This document shows positions 16,474 to 26,040 of a DNA stretch of 28,750 nt, piece after piece. The notes under the pieces were generated by a model, which was not told the origin of the DNA, did no database searches, and saw only the letters and a list, made by a program, of their open reading frames with translations. Both the position numbers and the translations under genes were made by a program. The stretch comes from a virus (Duplodnaviria; Caudoviricetes): positions 1-28,750 of IMG/VR virus record IMGVR_UViG_3300030372_004814; one strand, written 5' to 3'. How positions within the stretch are numbered: position 1 is the stretch's first letter; the number at the start of each line of letters is the position of its first letter.

Positions 16474-19296
16474 ATGGCTTATGTAAAATATGAATCTGAA
16501 TTTTATAGCTTGAATCCAGCTACTCCTGATTCTAGATTTAAAGTTAGAATACATAAAAAAACTGGATCAGGTAGTACTACAAACTTTAATCTAGGATCAG
16601 ATGGGTTTGTACTTACTATGGATGGAGGAGATGATACTATGTTAGCTCCTATTAAAACTACATCATGCGAATTTACTTTTTTTATAGAGGATGGAGATAC
16701 AGATCAGGAGGAGATAATAGATGATATTTTATCTGTAGCAGGTAGTAATGAGGATGAGCTAGCTTTAGAGATACAAAGGTATCAATCAGGTATTGGTTAT
16801 AGGAGATACTGGATAGGAGTAATATTAGGAGATTTATCAGAGCTAGAGGATAGATCTCCTCATAATAAAATTAGGATTAGAGCTGTAGATGGATTATCTC
16901 AATTAAAATATAAAACTTTTAGGACTTCTCAGCAGGGAAATAGATCATGTTTATATTATATAAAAGCTGGTTTAAACGAAATAACTACATCTTTTAATGA
17001 TTTTGGATTTTGGACAGAAGATAATGCAGAAACTGAAAACTTTTTAACTCATGAGGCTTTTTATTATAATAAAGCTATGGGGAATATATCAAGCTCAACA
17101 TGGAGAGATGATCTAGATCATGATCCTTTAGCATTAACTAAGATAAATAGTATAGCATTTAAAGGTACTGATGGTCAGTACTGGAGTTATTATAAAATTA
17201 TAGAAAATATAATATCAGCATTTCAGCTAAGATTAATGATGACTCCTATAAGAGATGACTCCTCCTCAAGTGGAGGGAGTTTTTATAATGGTAATTGTAC
17301 ATGGCTCTTACAGTCTCCTTTAGCTTATCATGAATCAAGTAATAATACTGATAGAAAACTTTTCGGACATAAATTTTTTTTACATGGTAAGGATCTTAGT
17401 ACTGATGTAGCTTTAGCTTATGAGGATATTATGCATACTGTTTATAATCCTGAGGAGGTATTAGCTGGAGCTAAAGTAGTATTTACTCCTCCTTTATTGT
17501 CTTATAAGTCTATATACGATCATAGCAATTTTTTAGGATTAGGACTAGGGCCAGCTGTATTTATGAGTAACTGGAATTATGGAACTGGTACAGGAGGTAA
17601 TATTAATAATAATACAAGCTCTGGTTATCATTCATTTTCTACAGATAATACTAATACTATTAATTATCCTCTTACTAATATTACTAATCAGTCTATATAT
17701 GGATGGGTAGGATCTGATAATCAGTTATCATCAGGCTGTAGAATAGCAATAACTGGGAATTGTACAGTATATCCTAAAAATCATAGTTTTGTAGCATCAT
17801 CAGGTATAGTAGGTTATGATTCAGCTGGAGAGTATTTTGAGTATTATGGAGGTACTAGTTTAGGTAATGGATGGTATGGTATTTACGATACAGCTGTAGT
17901 CATGCCTAGATTAGCATTAAAAGTAGAGACATTAATAGCAGATCCAGCAGGATCAGAAACTATACCTGGAGGAGATGGAGCTACATATAGGAGGGATGCC
18001 TTTTGGCTGGGAGATAGGAGATTTGGAACTTTAGCAGGTAGTACTAACTGGGGATATAGACAAACTGGAGATTATCCTGATTATAATGAGGTGATGGGAG
18101 CTGATGAGGATTATCAATATCCTAAAAATTTATATGGTTTTGATAATTCTTTTGATGGTACTAGATTTTGGCCTGATTATTATAATACTACTACTTATAT
18201 AGTAGATGGAATACAACAATGGGGAACAGATATAGGATATTCAGAGTATTATTGGTGGAGGACATCAGGAGAAGATCCAGGCGATCAGTCAGTATATACT
18301 GAAAAAAATCATGCTTTTTTTGCTCCTATATATCATCAATCTAATGTTGAAATAAGAAACGGATCAACAAGCTCCTCTACATGGGATGGAGATGTATGGG
18401 ATATGGAGTGTGAGGATTGGGTACATAGTGATACTTTTGTAGTATTGTCTCCTAGAATACCAGCAGGAACACCAGCAGGGGGAGGTAGTGCTGGAGCTAA
18501 TTATATAAGGAGGATAATTTTATATGCTCTTATAAGATGTGATGATGCTACTACTCCAGGAGGGGTACAACAAGTAGCAGCTTGTAAGTCTTGGGATTAT
18601 TCTAGTTTAGATACTGGAGGAGCTACTAGTGGAGGCTTTGGATGTGAAGCTAGAGGTTTACAATGGGATTATTATTTATCAGATTTAAGAATAAATATTA
18701 CAGGAATTAATGCAGGAGTAGATAGTTTTGATTATACTGTAGCCTGTTATGAAAATACTAATGGAACTCCATCAGAGCAATATGTGCAAGAGCCTGAGAT
18801 AATAATAGGAGATACTCCTCCAGCAGATCCTTATGCATGGACAGAAGATACTGGAGATGCAGGTTTTGGAGGTCAATATCCAGGAGAGTTTAAAATATGT
18901 ACAGAGGCTAATAGTACTAATTCTCCTGAAACTGGATCTGATACTCAAAACTGGAGAGCTTTTTGGGAGGTAGGAGCTACTGTAGCAGGTAGTAGATTAC
19001 ATGAGCAGAGAGTAAAAAATGCTTTAGCTCATTATTATATGCCTAAAAGAGGATTACAATTAACATTTCAAGATAGAACAAATACAAAAGAACTAGAGCA
19101 AAAATTAGCCTCAGGTTTATATTACTGGGCCTCTAATACAAAATGGGGAGAAAATCAATTAGGTGTTAATATAGCATATTTAGTCAATGGATTTACTTTT
19201 GTAGCAGGTACTGGAGAGATTACTTTAGATTTAGAGGACTGTGTTACATTTAGTAGATCAGGATTAGTAGATAAAAGTTATTCAAGTAATGGCTAA
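16474..19296 (+). CDS. Large tail tip/hub protein (possible Dit-Tal-like fusion)
   Basis: 940 aa, first large gene after the tape measure; N-terminal MAYVKYESEF...IKTTSCEF...YWIG...IRAVDGLSQLK; Gly/Trp/Tyr-rich interior. Confidence 0.7.
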   Translation: MAYVKYESEFYSLNPATPDSRFKVRIHKKTGSGSTTNFNLGSDGFVLTMDGGDDTMLAPIKTTSCEFTFFIEDGDTDQEEIIDDILSVAGSNEDELALEIQRYQSGIGYRRYWIGVILGDLSELEDRSPHNKIRIRAVDGLSQLKYKTFRTSQQGNRSCLYYIKAGLNEITTSFNDFGFWTEDNAETENFLTHEAFYYNKAMGNISSSTWRDDLDHDPLALTKINSIAFKGTDGQYWSYYKIIENIISAFQLRLMMTPIRDDSSSSGGSFYNGNCTWLLQSPLAYHESSNNTDRKLFGHKFFLHGKDLSTDVALAYEDIMHTVYNPEEVLAGAKVVFTPPLLSYKSIYDHSNFLGLGLGPAVFMSNWNYGTGTGGNINNNTSSGYHSFSTDNTNTINYPLTNITNQSIYGWVGSDNQLSSGCRIAITGNCTVYPKNHSFVASSGIVGYDSAGEYFEYYGGTSLGNGWYGIYDTAVVMPRLALKVETLIADPAGSETIPGGDGATYRRDAFWLGDRRFGTLAGSTNWGYRQTGDYPDYNEVMGADEDYQYPKNLYGFDNSFDGTRFWPDYYNTTTYIVDGIQQWGTDIGYSEYYWWRTSGEDPGDQSVYTEKNHAFFAPIYHQSNVEIRNGSTSSSTWDGDVWDMECEDWVHSDTFVVLSPRIPAGTPAGGGSAGANYIRRIILYALIRCDDATTPGGVQQVAACKSWDYSSLDTGGATSGGFGCEARGLQWDYYLSDLRINITGINAGVDSFDYTVACYENTNGTPSEQYVQEPEIIIGDTPPADPYAWTEDTGDAGFGGQYPGEFKICTEANSTNSPETGSDTQNWRAFWEVGATVAGSRLHEQRVKNALAHYYMPKRGLQLTFQDRTNTKELEQKLASGLYYWASNTKWGENQLGVNIAYLVNGFTFVAGTGEITLDLEDCVTFSRSGLVDKSYSSNG

Positions 19297-20260
19297 AAGA
19301 TACGGAAAAAATATAGATATGCATAAGCTGGTCAATAAAAGGCCATCTAATAATTTAATATCTCCTAGATTAAGAAATTTTATTGAGAAAGTTAATACTA
19401 CTACTCAAAAAAATAATAAATTTTATGAGCCTCATAGAAAACAGTTACCTACAGGAGAGGGAGAGACTTCTACTCATTTTGCTACTGATAATAATAGAAC
19501 TCCAGGCTTAAATAATCCTTTTTATTTATGGCTTTTAGATAACTCTATATGCAGGATAGCAAAAAAAATTATACCAGGAGCTGCTGTTAGTATAGATATA
19601 GCTAATCCTACTGGACATCTAGGAGAGAATTTATTAAGAAAAGGAGATTATTTTTATATTTATAATAATAAAACTTATCAGAGTATTAGGCTTAGATCTG
19701 ATTTAGATTTAGCTGATAATGCTACATCTATAAGAATGGTAAGTAATACTTTTACTATAGCTGATATATTTAATTCAGGTAGTTTTATAGTACCTGATTA
19801 TAAAGTACAAACTCAAAGATTATCTAATGTACCTGAGTTAAAAGAATATACATTAACTAATACAGAGTATAAGAGCCTAAGCTCATCTCCTTATACTTTA
19901 TTAGCTGCTGAAACTGGTAAGCTACATATACCATTAAGTGCTACTATTATATATAATCATGGAGCAGATGAGATGACTAGAGCTGATTTATATATAGGAC
20001 ATAATGCAAGCTTAACAAGTATAGGACAGTACTGGAGTAGCTTAGATGAGGCTTTTTATAGGAGTAGAGATTCTATGTTAGTACAGTTATCTCCTGGTAT
20101 TTATTCAGCAGGAGCTGGTACAGATTATCAGATGATCCCTTATAAAGCATTAAGATCAACAGGCTCAGGATTAGCTTTAAAATTATATACAAGTACAAAT
20201 TTTACATCTGCTAGTAGTTATATTAAAGTAATATTATATTATAAAACTATAGTAATATGA
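19289..20260 (+). CDS. Putative minor tail/structural protein
   Basis: 323 aa, beta-rich C-terminal domain, overlaps the tail tip gene. Confidence 0.5.
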   Translation: MAKRYGKNIDMHKLVNKRPSNNLISPRLRNFIEKVNTTTQKNNKFYEPHRKQLPTGEGETSTHFATDNNRTPGLNNPFYLWLLDNSICRIAKKIIPGAAVSIDIANPTGHLGENLLRKGDYFYIYNNKTYQSIRLRSDLDLADNATSIRMVSNTFTIADIFNSGSFIVPDYKVQTQRLSNVPELKEYTLTNTEYKSLSSSPYTLLAAETGKLHIPLSATIIYNHGADEMTRADLYIGHNASLTSIGQYWSSLDEAFYRSRDSMLVQLSPGIYSAGAGTDYQMIPYKALRSTGSGLALKLYTSTNFTSASSYIKVILYYKTIVI

Positions 20261-21294
20261 TAAAATATATATATATATTATTATTTATATCTATTTCAGC
20301 TCAGGCTCAGCTGGGAGTATTTAAATACTCTACTTTTTATGGCTCAGTAGGAATTAATCAGGTATTAGATGAGGCTAATACTTATACTATCCAGGATGGA
20401 ATATTAACAGAAACTACAAAAGATAATAAATATAATTATAGATATGCTTTTGGAGTAAGGAGATTAGCTAGACTATCTATGGAGGATAAAAAATCTTATA
20501 AGGATGGTACTGAGACAGATTATGGTAAATTTAGATCAGCTTTACTAACTGGATTAGAGTATTTAATTTCTTATGAAAATGTAAGAGATAGAGGTATTAA
20601 TTATATTAATCAAGATTATTTTATAAGATATTTAAGCAAAAATTATATAATAAAATTACAAAGTACTAACCTAGAGGGAATAGATCTAAAATATAGAGAA
20701 ATAGATCTAAGATTAAAAAAGGATATTAAAAAGCTACAGTTATCAGCTGGAGCAATTATCAGAGTACATCCAGCTTATGGAGTTAATCCTTTTAGTGTTT
20801 TTAGTGGGGGGGATTATATAGATGTAGCTAATAGTTTAGGATATAGTTATCATTATAACTGGGATGATGTAAATAATAATGGATTAGTAGATAGATTTGA
20901 AAATAGTTATTATTACTGGATTAATCCATCAGGAGATACTATAGCTAATAGTAACTCAGAATTTATGGAGTATCATTATTCAGATATAGTAAATAGATAT
21001 AATAGTACAGAAATTAATAAGCTGGGGAATCAGATTACTATATCATCTGTATTAGGTATATCTTATTATACTCATAAAGATAATTATCATACTCTTATTT
21101 GGAGTAATATATTACCTTATAATTATGCTTATACTAATTATGGATATTCAGGAGCTGTAGATTATGAAATAGGAGCTTTAATACAAAAAAAAATAACTAA
21201 AATATTATCATTTCATTTAGAGGGGATCTATTTAAGTTATTTAGATAGAAAAAATTATAATATAAAATTAGGCTTAAATATATTACTAAAATGA
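20257..21294 (+). CDS. Exported protein, putative outer-membrane beta-barrel
   Basis: Sec signal MIKYIYILLFISISAQA|Q, alternating aromatic/hydrophobic beta strands, last strand YNIKLGLNILLK, and a DVNNNGLVD Ca-binding-like loop. Confidence 0.55.
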   Translation: MIKYIYILLFISISAQAQLGVFKYSTFYGSVGINQVLDEANTYTIQDGILTETTKDNKYNYRYAFGVRRLARLSMEDKKSYKDGTETDYGKFRSALLTGLEYLISYENVRDRGINYINQDYFIRYLSKNYIIKLQSTNLEGIDLKYREIDLRLKKDIKKLQLSAGAIIRVHPAYGVNPFSVFSGGDYIDVANSLGYSYHYNWDDVNNNGLVDRFENSYYYWINPSGDTIANSNSEFMEYHYSDIVNRYNSTEINKLGNQITISSVLGISYYTHKDNYHTLIWSNILPYNYAYTNYGYSGAVDYEIGALIQKKITKILSFHLEGIYLSYLDRKNYNIKLGLNILLK

Positions 21295-21602
21295 AAAAAG
21301 ATAATGCATTTCAAATAGGAGAGAGTAGTTTACTTACATTAGATATTAAGACTCTTATAATGATTATAGGATTTACTGTATCTATGGTTATGATGTATGC
21401 TAAATTACAAGCTGATATTAAAGTAGCTATGGAGTCTCCTCCTCCTACTATTACAGCTTCTGAATGGGAGATAAAAGATTTATTAATTAGAGAAACTATA
21501 AAAAATACTTTAATTATTACAGAAAATAATGCTCAAGGAATACAGGAGCTTAAAGATAAATTAATAGTTATAGAAAATAGATTATATGAGATCAATAAAT
21601 AA
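21291..21602 (+). CDS. Single-TM membrane protein with C-terminal coiled coil
   Basis: TM LIMIIGFTVSMVMMYA, PPP linker, heptad C-terminus IQELKDKLIVIENRLYE. Confidence 0.7.
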   Translation: MKKDNAFQIGESSLLTLDIKTLIMIIGFTVSMVMMYAKLQADIKVAMESPPPTITASEWEIKDLLIRETIKNTLIITENNAQGIQELKDKLIVIENRLYEINK

Positions 21603-21966
21603 AAGAGATATAAGTAATTATATATATATTTTATTAATGCTTTTAGTGTTTTTATTTGCTACATTATCTCCAGCTCAGAATTTTATTAAAGATGAGATTG
21701 CTATAGTAGAATTTAATACATCATGGAATCAAGATAATTTTATTAAGAATTTAGATAAATTAAAAAACTGTAAATATTATACTATTATATTATGTGATAA
21801 TGCAGAGTATATGGATAAATATAATATAAAACAGCCTACTATAATAGTATATAATAATGGAGAGGAGATAAAAAGATATAAAAGTACTATTATGTTAGAT
21901 TTTGATATTAATTATAAAGATCTCCAAAAGGATGTAGATGTATTATTATTAAATAAATTTAATTAA
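21586..21966 (+). CDS. Exported thioredoxin-fold protein lacking CxxC
   Basis: Signal peptide ..FATLSPA|Q; IVEFNTSWN aligns to the Trx VVDFWAxWC motif, and KYNIKQPTIIVYNNGEEIKR to the cis-Pro region. Confidence 0.65.
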   Translation: MRSINKRDISNYIYILLMLLVFLFATLSPAQNFIKDEIAIVEFNTSWNQDNFIKNLDKLKNCKYYTIILCDNAEYMDKYNIKQPTIIVYNNGEEIKRYKSTIMLDFDINYKDLQKDVDVLLLNKFN

Positions 21967-21968
21967 TT

Positions 21969-22469
21969 ATGAGATTATCTAGATCATTTAATATTTCTGA
22001 ATTTCTTAATAGTAATGTTTCTATAAGATTAGGATTAAAATTAGATCCTCCTAATGAGCATATAGATAATATGAGTTTATTATGTAGAGATTTATTACAG
22101 CCTTTAAGAGATAAGCTAGCTAGGCCTATTAAAATAAATTCAGGATGGAGGAGCTATGAGCTTAATAAAGCAATAGGAGGAGCTTATAAAATAATAGATG
22201 GTAAATATATACCTACTTCTCAGCATTGTAAAGGACAGGCTGCTGATCTAAAATTTATAGATAATAATGGTAAAATGAATAATAAAATATTATTTGATAC
22301 TGTATTAGAGATGGGTTTAGAGTTTGATCAGATGATTAATGAGTTTAATTATAGCTGGATTCATATAAGTTATAATAAAGGTAATAATAGAAATCAATTA
22401 CTAGAGGCTTATAAAAATGAGGATAATAAAACTATATATCAAAATGTAATTAACTATAAAGGATTATGA
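21969..22469 (+). CDS. Endolysin, peptidase M15A family
   Basis: LSRSFNISEF, INSGWRS..LNKAIGG, SQHCKGQAAD, WIHISY zinc-ligand motifs. Confidence 0.92.
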   Translation: MRLSRSFNISEFLNSNVSIRLGLKLDPPNEHIDNMSLLCRDLLQPLRDKLARPIKINSGWRSYELNKAIGGAYKIIDGKYIPTSQHCKGQAADLKFIDNNGKMNNKILFDTVLEMGLEFDQMINEFNYSWIHISYNKGNNRNQLLEAYKNEDNKTIYQNVINYKGL

Positions 22470-22861
22470 TAAAAAGTATTATTAAAAATTTAGTATCTGA
22501 TTCTAGTAAAATACTAGATGAGGTTATAACTACTGATGAGGAGAGATTAAAGGCTAAGCATGAGCTAAAGTCTTTACTTAAAAATCATGAGCAGACTATG
22601 TATCAGCTGGAGGTAGAGGATAGAAAGTCAGCCAGGATAATGTATCAAAATGATAGTAATATACAGAAGATACTAGCTACTATATTTACTGTAGCTTATT
22701 TTATATTAAGTTTTTTATTAGCTAGATACTTTGTAATTGGAGATATAAATTTAGGAGAGTTTGAGATCAGTTTTATTAGTACTTTATTTGGAGCTATGAG
22801 TGCTAAGGTTAATACTATTATTGATTTCTTTTTTGGGGGATCATCTAAAAAAGACAAATGA
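22466..22861 (+). CDS. Holin (GTA holin-like)
   Basis: DEVITTDEER, DRKSAR, two hydrophobic segments and FFFGGSS end; adjacent to the endolysin. Confidence 0.75.
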   Translation: MIKSIIKNLVSDSSKILDEVITTDEERLKAKHELKSLLKNHEQTMYQLEVEDRKSARIMYQNDSNIQKILATIFTVAYFILSFLLARYFVIGDINLGEFEISFISTLFGAMSAKVNTIIDFFFGGSSKKDK

Positions 22862-23625
22862 GCTATAGGCCTAGATTAAATAAATATGTATATGATTTTA
22901 TCAACTATCATAAGAGATCTAATGTAGTAGGAATTATATCAGATACTCATTATCCTTTTGCTCATAAAGATCATTTAAATTTTTTATATGAAACTTTTAA
23001 TAAATTTCAAGTTAATAGAGTAGTACATATAGGAGATTTAGTAGATGGACATAGCTGGAGCTATCATGAGTCTAGTAATACAGCAGATTCTCCATCTAAA
23101 GAGTCAGAATTAGCTCAAAAGGATATAGATAAATTAAAAAAGACTTTTAATACTTTAGATCTTACATTGGGGAATCATGATTTATTAATATCTAGGAGAG
23201 CTACTACTCATAATATCCCTAATAAATTTTTAAAATCTTTTGAGGAGATATGGAACTTCCCTAAAGGATGGAAAGCTCATAACCATATAACTATAGATGA
23301 TGTTTTATATATTCATGGTACTGGTAAAAGTGGAGTTAATGCAAGTGTATCTTTAATGACAGATTATAGACAGTCTGTAGTATCAGGACATACTCATAGT
23401 GCTGGAGGAGTAAGCTATAGAGCATCTTATAGAGATATTACTTTTGGCCTTAATGTAGGCTGTTTAATAGATGTAGATAGCTATGCTATGGAATATGGGA
23501 AAAACTTTAGTAAAAAGCCTACTCTAGGCTGTGGAATAGTAATAGATGGTAAGGTAGGATTTTTTATACCTATGGATCTAGGATCTAAAATCAGTTATTG
23601 TAAGAAATCAACATCCCATTGTTAA
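22858..23625 (+). CDS. Calcineurin-like metallophosphoesterase
   Basis: SDTH, GDLVD, GNHD, HG and GHTH motifs. Confidence 0.92.
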   Translation: MSYRPRLNKYVYDFINYHKRSNVVGIISDTHYPFAHKDHLNFLYETFNKFQVNRVVHIGDLVDGHSWSYHESSNTADSPSKESELAQKDIDKLKKTFNTLDLTLGNHDLLISRRATTHNIPNKFLKSFEEIWNFPKGWKAHNHITIDDVLYIHGTGKSGVNASVSLMTDYRQSVVSGHTHSAGGVSYRASYRDITFGLNVGCLIDVDSYAMEYGKNFSKKPTLGCGIVIDGKVGFFIPMDLGSKISYCKKSTSHC

Positions 23626-23697
23626 TAACAATCATTATTAAAATTTTCTTTTTAAGTAGTTTATAAGTTAATTTGTACAAACAAAAAAAAATACAAT

Positions 23698-23784
23698 ATG
23701 GAAAAATTAGCTATGATATTAATAAAATTAGGATTCATTTATTTTATAGGTAGATTTTTAATTACATTAATATTTAATATTTAG
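23698..23784 (+). CDS. Unannotated 28-aa hydrophobic peptide (MEKLAMILIKLGFIYFIGRFLITLIFNI)
   Basis: Translated by hand. It has an A-rich leader typical of Bacteroidota initiation and lies downstream of a near-consensus -7 element (TTAATTTG, 23668-23675). Confidence 0.6.
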   Translation: MEKLAMILIKLGFIYFIGRFLITLIFNI

Positions 23785-23822
23785 TTTATATTTTGGGGGT
23801 AAGTAGTATAGGTTAATCTACA

Positions 23823-23830
23823 TATCTTTG
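23823..23830 (+). promoter_or_regulatory. Bacteroidota -7 promoter element (TATCTTTG)
   Basis: TAnnTTTG match in an intergenic gap at the head of the early/replication gene run. Confidence 0.55.
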
Positions 23831-23834
23831 TTAT

Positions 23835-24155
23835 GTGATAAACATATATGAATTTATGGACAGCCTATACTACTTATTAGAAACTAATAATATTACATTA
23901 GAGGAGGATATTCAGAGAGACAAAGCTATCAGAATATTATTAGAGCATAAAAAAAAATATGCTACTAAAGAGATAACAGATAAAAAAATTATAGATGTTT
24001 ACAGAAAAAAAGGGATGGAGGAGATTAAAAAATACTTTAATAGGAATGTATGTTATTTATATTCTACGATTTTTTGTTATGATGTATTATTTTATCATTA
24101 TAAAAATGACTGGAGAAAATTAGAAAAAATTATAAAAAGTAGATTAGATGACTAA
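23835..24155 (+). CDS. Hypothetical protein (true start may be ATG 23856)
   Basis: The ORF overlaps the next gene; the GTG at 23835 is very close to the -7 element. Confidence 0.65.
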   Translation: MINIYEFMDSLYYLLETNNITLEEDIQRDKAIRILLEHKKKYATKEITDKKIIDVYRKKGMEEIKKYFNRNVCYLYSTIFCYDVLFYHYKNDWRKLEKIIKSRLDD

Positions 24156-24471
24156 AAGAAAAAAAGAGCTTAAATTAACTCAAAAAGATATAGCAGATGT
24201 AATTAAAACTATAGAGATTCAGTTTGATACTATGGATAAAGATGAGAAAAAAGCTATATTAAAAAAATTAGGAATATCTAAAAATGATATAGAAAAATTA
24301 GATGATACTGGATTAGTTAATAAAGTAAAATCAGAGTATAATAAAGTATTACCTAATATAGATTTAAATAATTTTAGTTTAGATAGAAAATATATAATAG
24401 CTAATGAGTATATAAGTAAAAAGAAAAAAACAGAATTAAAAAAAGAAATAGAAGATTATAAAAAATTATAA
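24148..24471 (+). CDS. Hypothetical protein
   Basis: 107-aa charged helical ORF overlapping the previous gene. Confidence 0.7.
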   Translation: MTKRKKELKLTQKDIADVIKTIEIQFDTMDKDEKKAILKKLGISKNDIEKLDDTGLVNKVKSEYNKVLPNIDLNNFSLDRKYIIANEYISKKKKTELKKEIEDYKKL

Positions 24472-24474
24472 AAC

Positions 24475-24621
24475 ATGGAGCAATTAGATACAAGGGATTA
24501 CAGATTATTATTATCTGTATTACATAATGAGAAACTAGATCCTACTGATAGAGTAGCTTTAGATTTAGTAAAATTAAAATTATTATCAAAAGTAAATAAA
24601 TTAAGTAAATATTATGAATAG
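24475..24621 (+). CDS. Unannotated 48-aa hypothetical protein (MEQLDTRDYRLLLSVLHNEKLDPTDRVALDLVKLKLLSKVNKLSKYYE)
   Basis: Translated by hand; it fills the gap between 24471 and 24614 and overlaps the next ATG. Confidence 0.65.
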   Translation: MEQLDTRDYRLLLSVLHNEKLDPTDRVALDLVKLKLLSKVNKLSKYYE

Positions 24622-25027
24622 AGATAAATTAAAAGATATATATAAAAAATATGATTTAGAGCAAGATGATATTTTTATATTAAAATTTGGATCAAAAGAA
24701 AAACCTATTATTACTAGATCAGGTATTGAGAGGATACAGAATAAAGAAAAAATACAGTTAAATTTTAAAATAGAGAAAATATCAGAGGATCAAAAAAGCT
24801 GTATTATGTTAGCTCATGGAGTTATAATGACTGATCATCCTGATAAAAATGGACAGTTAGTACCTAAAGTAATGGCTCAATCTTTTGGAGAGGTATCTCC
24901 CGAAAATAATAAAAGTAATTATCCTATAGCAATCTGCGAAAAAAGAGCAGCAGCTAGAGTAATCCTCAAATTAGCTAATCTAATAGGATTTTATTCAGAG
25001 GATGAGTCTGAGGATTTTAAAAAATGA
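24614..25027 (+). CDS. Putative single-strand annealing/recombination protein (Rad52/ERF-like)
   Basis: SFGE...YPIAICEKRAAARVILKL..FYSEDE C-terminal pattern; near the SSB-like gene. Confidence 0.45.
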   Translation: MNRDKLKDIYKKYDLEQDDIFILKFGSKEKPIITRSGIERIQNKEKIQLNFKIEKISEDQKSCIMLAHGVIMTDHPDKNGQLVPKVMAQSFGEVSPENNKSNYPIAICEKRAAARVILKLANLIGFYSEDESEDFKK

Positions 25028-25242
25028 TGGCTTATTATATAATATTATGTAATAATACATCTGATATTTTAGTAAGATGTAATAAAGATGATCTATTAGA
25101 TATTTTATTAATGTTAGATAAGGATAATGATTTTGATGTAATAGATTATTTTGAGTATAGATCTGAGGAGTATAAAATGTTAATTTATGGAGATGATTAT
25201 ATAGCTGATGATAATATTATAGATCATGCAATCAGTAAATAG
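25024..25242 (+). CDS. Small acidic hypothetical protein
   Basis: 72 aa, Asp-rich, overlapping both neighbours. Confidence 0.6.
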   Translation: MMAYYIILCNNTSDILVRCNKDDLLDILLMLDKDNDFDVIDYFEYRSEEYKMLIYGDDYIADDNIIDHAISK

Positions 25243-25666
25243 ATTAGTAAGGATATGCTGTTATTATAATAAGGTAAAATTTGCTGATTTTTACAATGTT
25301 TTTAGTAATAATAGGATTAAAGACTGTAGATCAATAGTATATAATATATTATTACTGGAATTAAATTTTAATATTTATCAAATATCAGATTATTTTAATA
25401 AGCCTGTAAAATACATAGAGGATCTTATTAATCATCATAAGTCAGAGTATGAAATAATTAATCATTATACTAAGGCCTATCAGAATACTTTTACTCAGTT
25501 TGAAAATTGGAGTAATTCAGAGCTAGATTTAGCATATAGTATAGTAAAGACTAAATATGATTATGATAATGAGATTAAATATGAGCAGATACTTAATGAT
25601 AATTGTAGATTAGAGCATGAAATAGATATATTAAAAATTAAATTAAATAAAAAAAGTTATGTATAA
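25226..25666 (+). CDS. Putative DnaA C-terminal-like HTH DNA-binding protein with coiled-coil tail
   Basis: CRSIVYNIL...FNIYQISDYFNK pattern resembling the DnaA domain IV HTH. Confidence 0.4.
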   Translation: MQSVNRLVRICCYYNKVKFADFYNVFSNNRIKDCRSIVYNILLLELNFNIYQISDYFNKPVKYIEDLINHHKSEYEIINHYTKAYQNTFTQFENWSNSELDLAYSIVKTKYDYDNEIKYEQILNDNCRLEHEIDILKIKLNKKSYV

Positions 25667-26021
25667 AATAAGAGGTAGAATTATAAATTTTAGAACTGAA
25701 ACAATTAATCTAAAAGATGGAGAAACAGCTCAGAAAATGTTTATTACCATAGAGGAATCAGATACAGGATTTAACCATAAACATCAGTTTGAGATCTTTG
25801 GAGAAACTAAAATAAATTTATTAAAGGATAAAATAAAACAAGATAGATTTGTGAAAATTGATTTTTATATTAAATCAAACGAATGGAAAGACAAATTTTT
25901 TAATACATTAAATATAAAAAATGTAATATTAGAGGATGAGGTATCTATGCCTGATATGTCAGTATATGAGGAGGAGGATCATCAAGCAGAGGAGGAGGAA
26001 AAAAATAAAATACCTTTTTAA
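25659..26021 (+). CDS. SSB-like OB-fold protein (DUF3127-like)
   Basis: IRGRI, FEIFGE, VKIDFYIKSNEWKDKFFNTL and an acidic tail ending IPF. Confidence 0.8.
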   Translation: MYKIRGRIINFRTETINLKDGETAQKMFITIEESDTGFNHKHQFEIFGETKINLLKDKIKQDRFVKIDFYIKSNEWKDKFFNTLNIKNVILEDEVSMPDMSVYEEEDHQAEEEEKNKIPF

Positions 26022-26040
26022 TAACTAAAAAAACAGAAAC

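Noticed and set aside
16363-16554. Minus-strand 63-aa ORF
   Set aside because: Overlaps two better-supported + strand genes.
8842-20260. Diversity-generating retroelement or invertible tail cassette
   Set aside because: No reverse transcriptase, recombinase, or near-identical template/variable repeat pair was seen.
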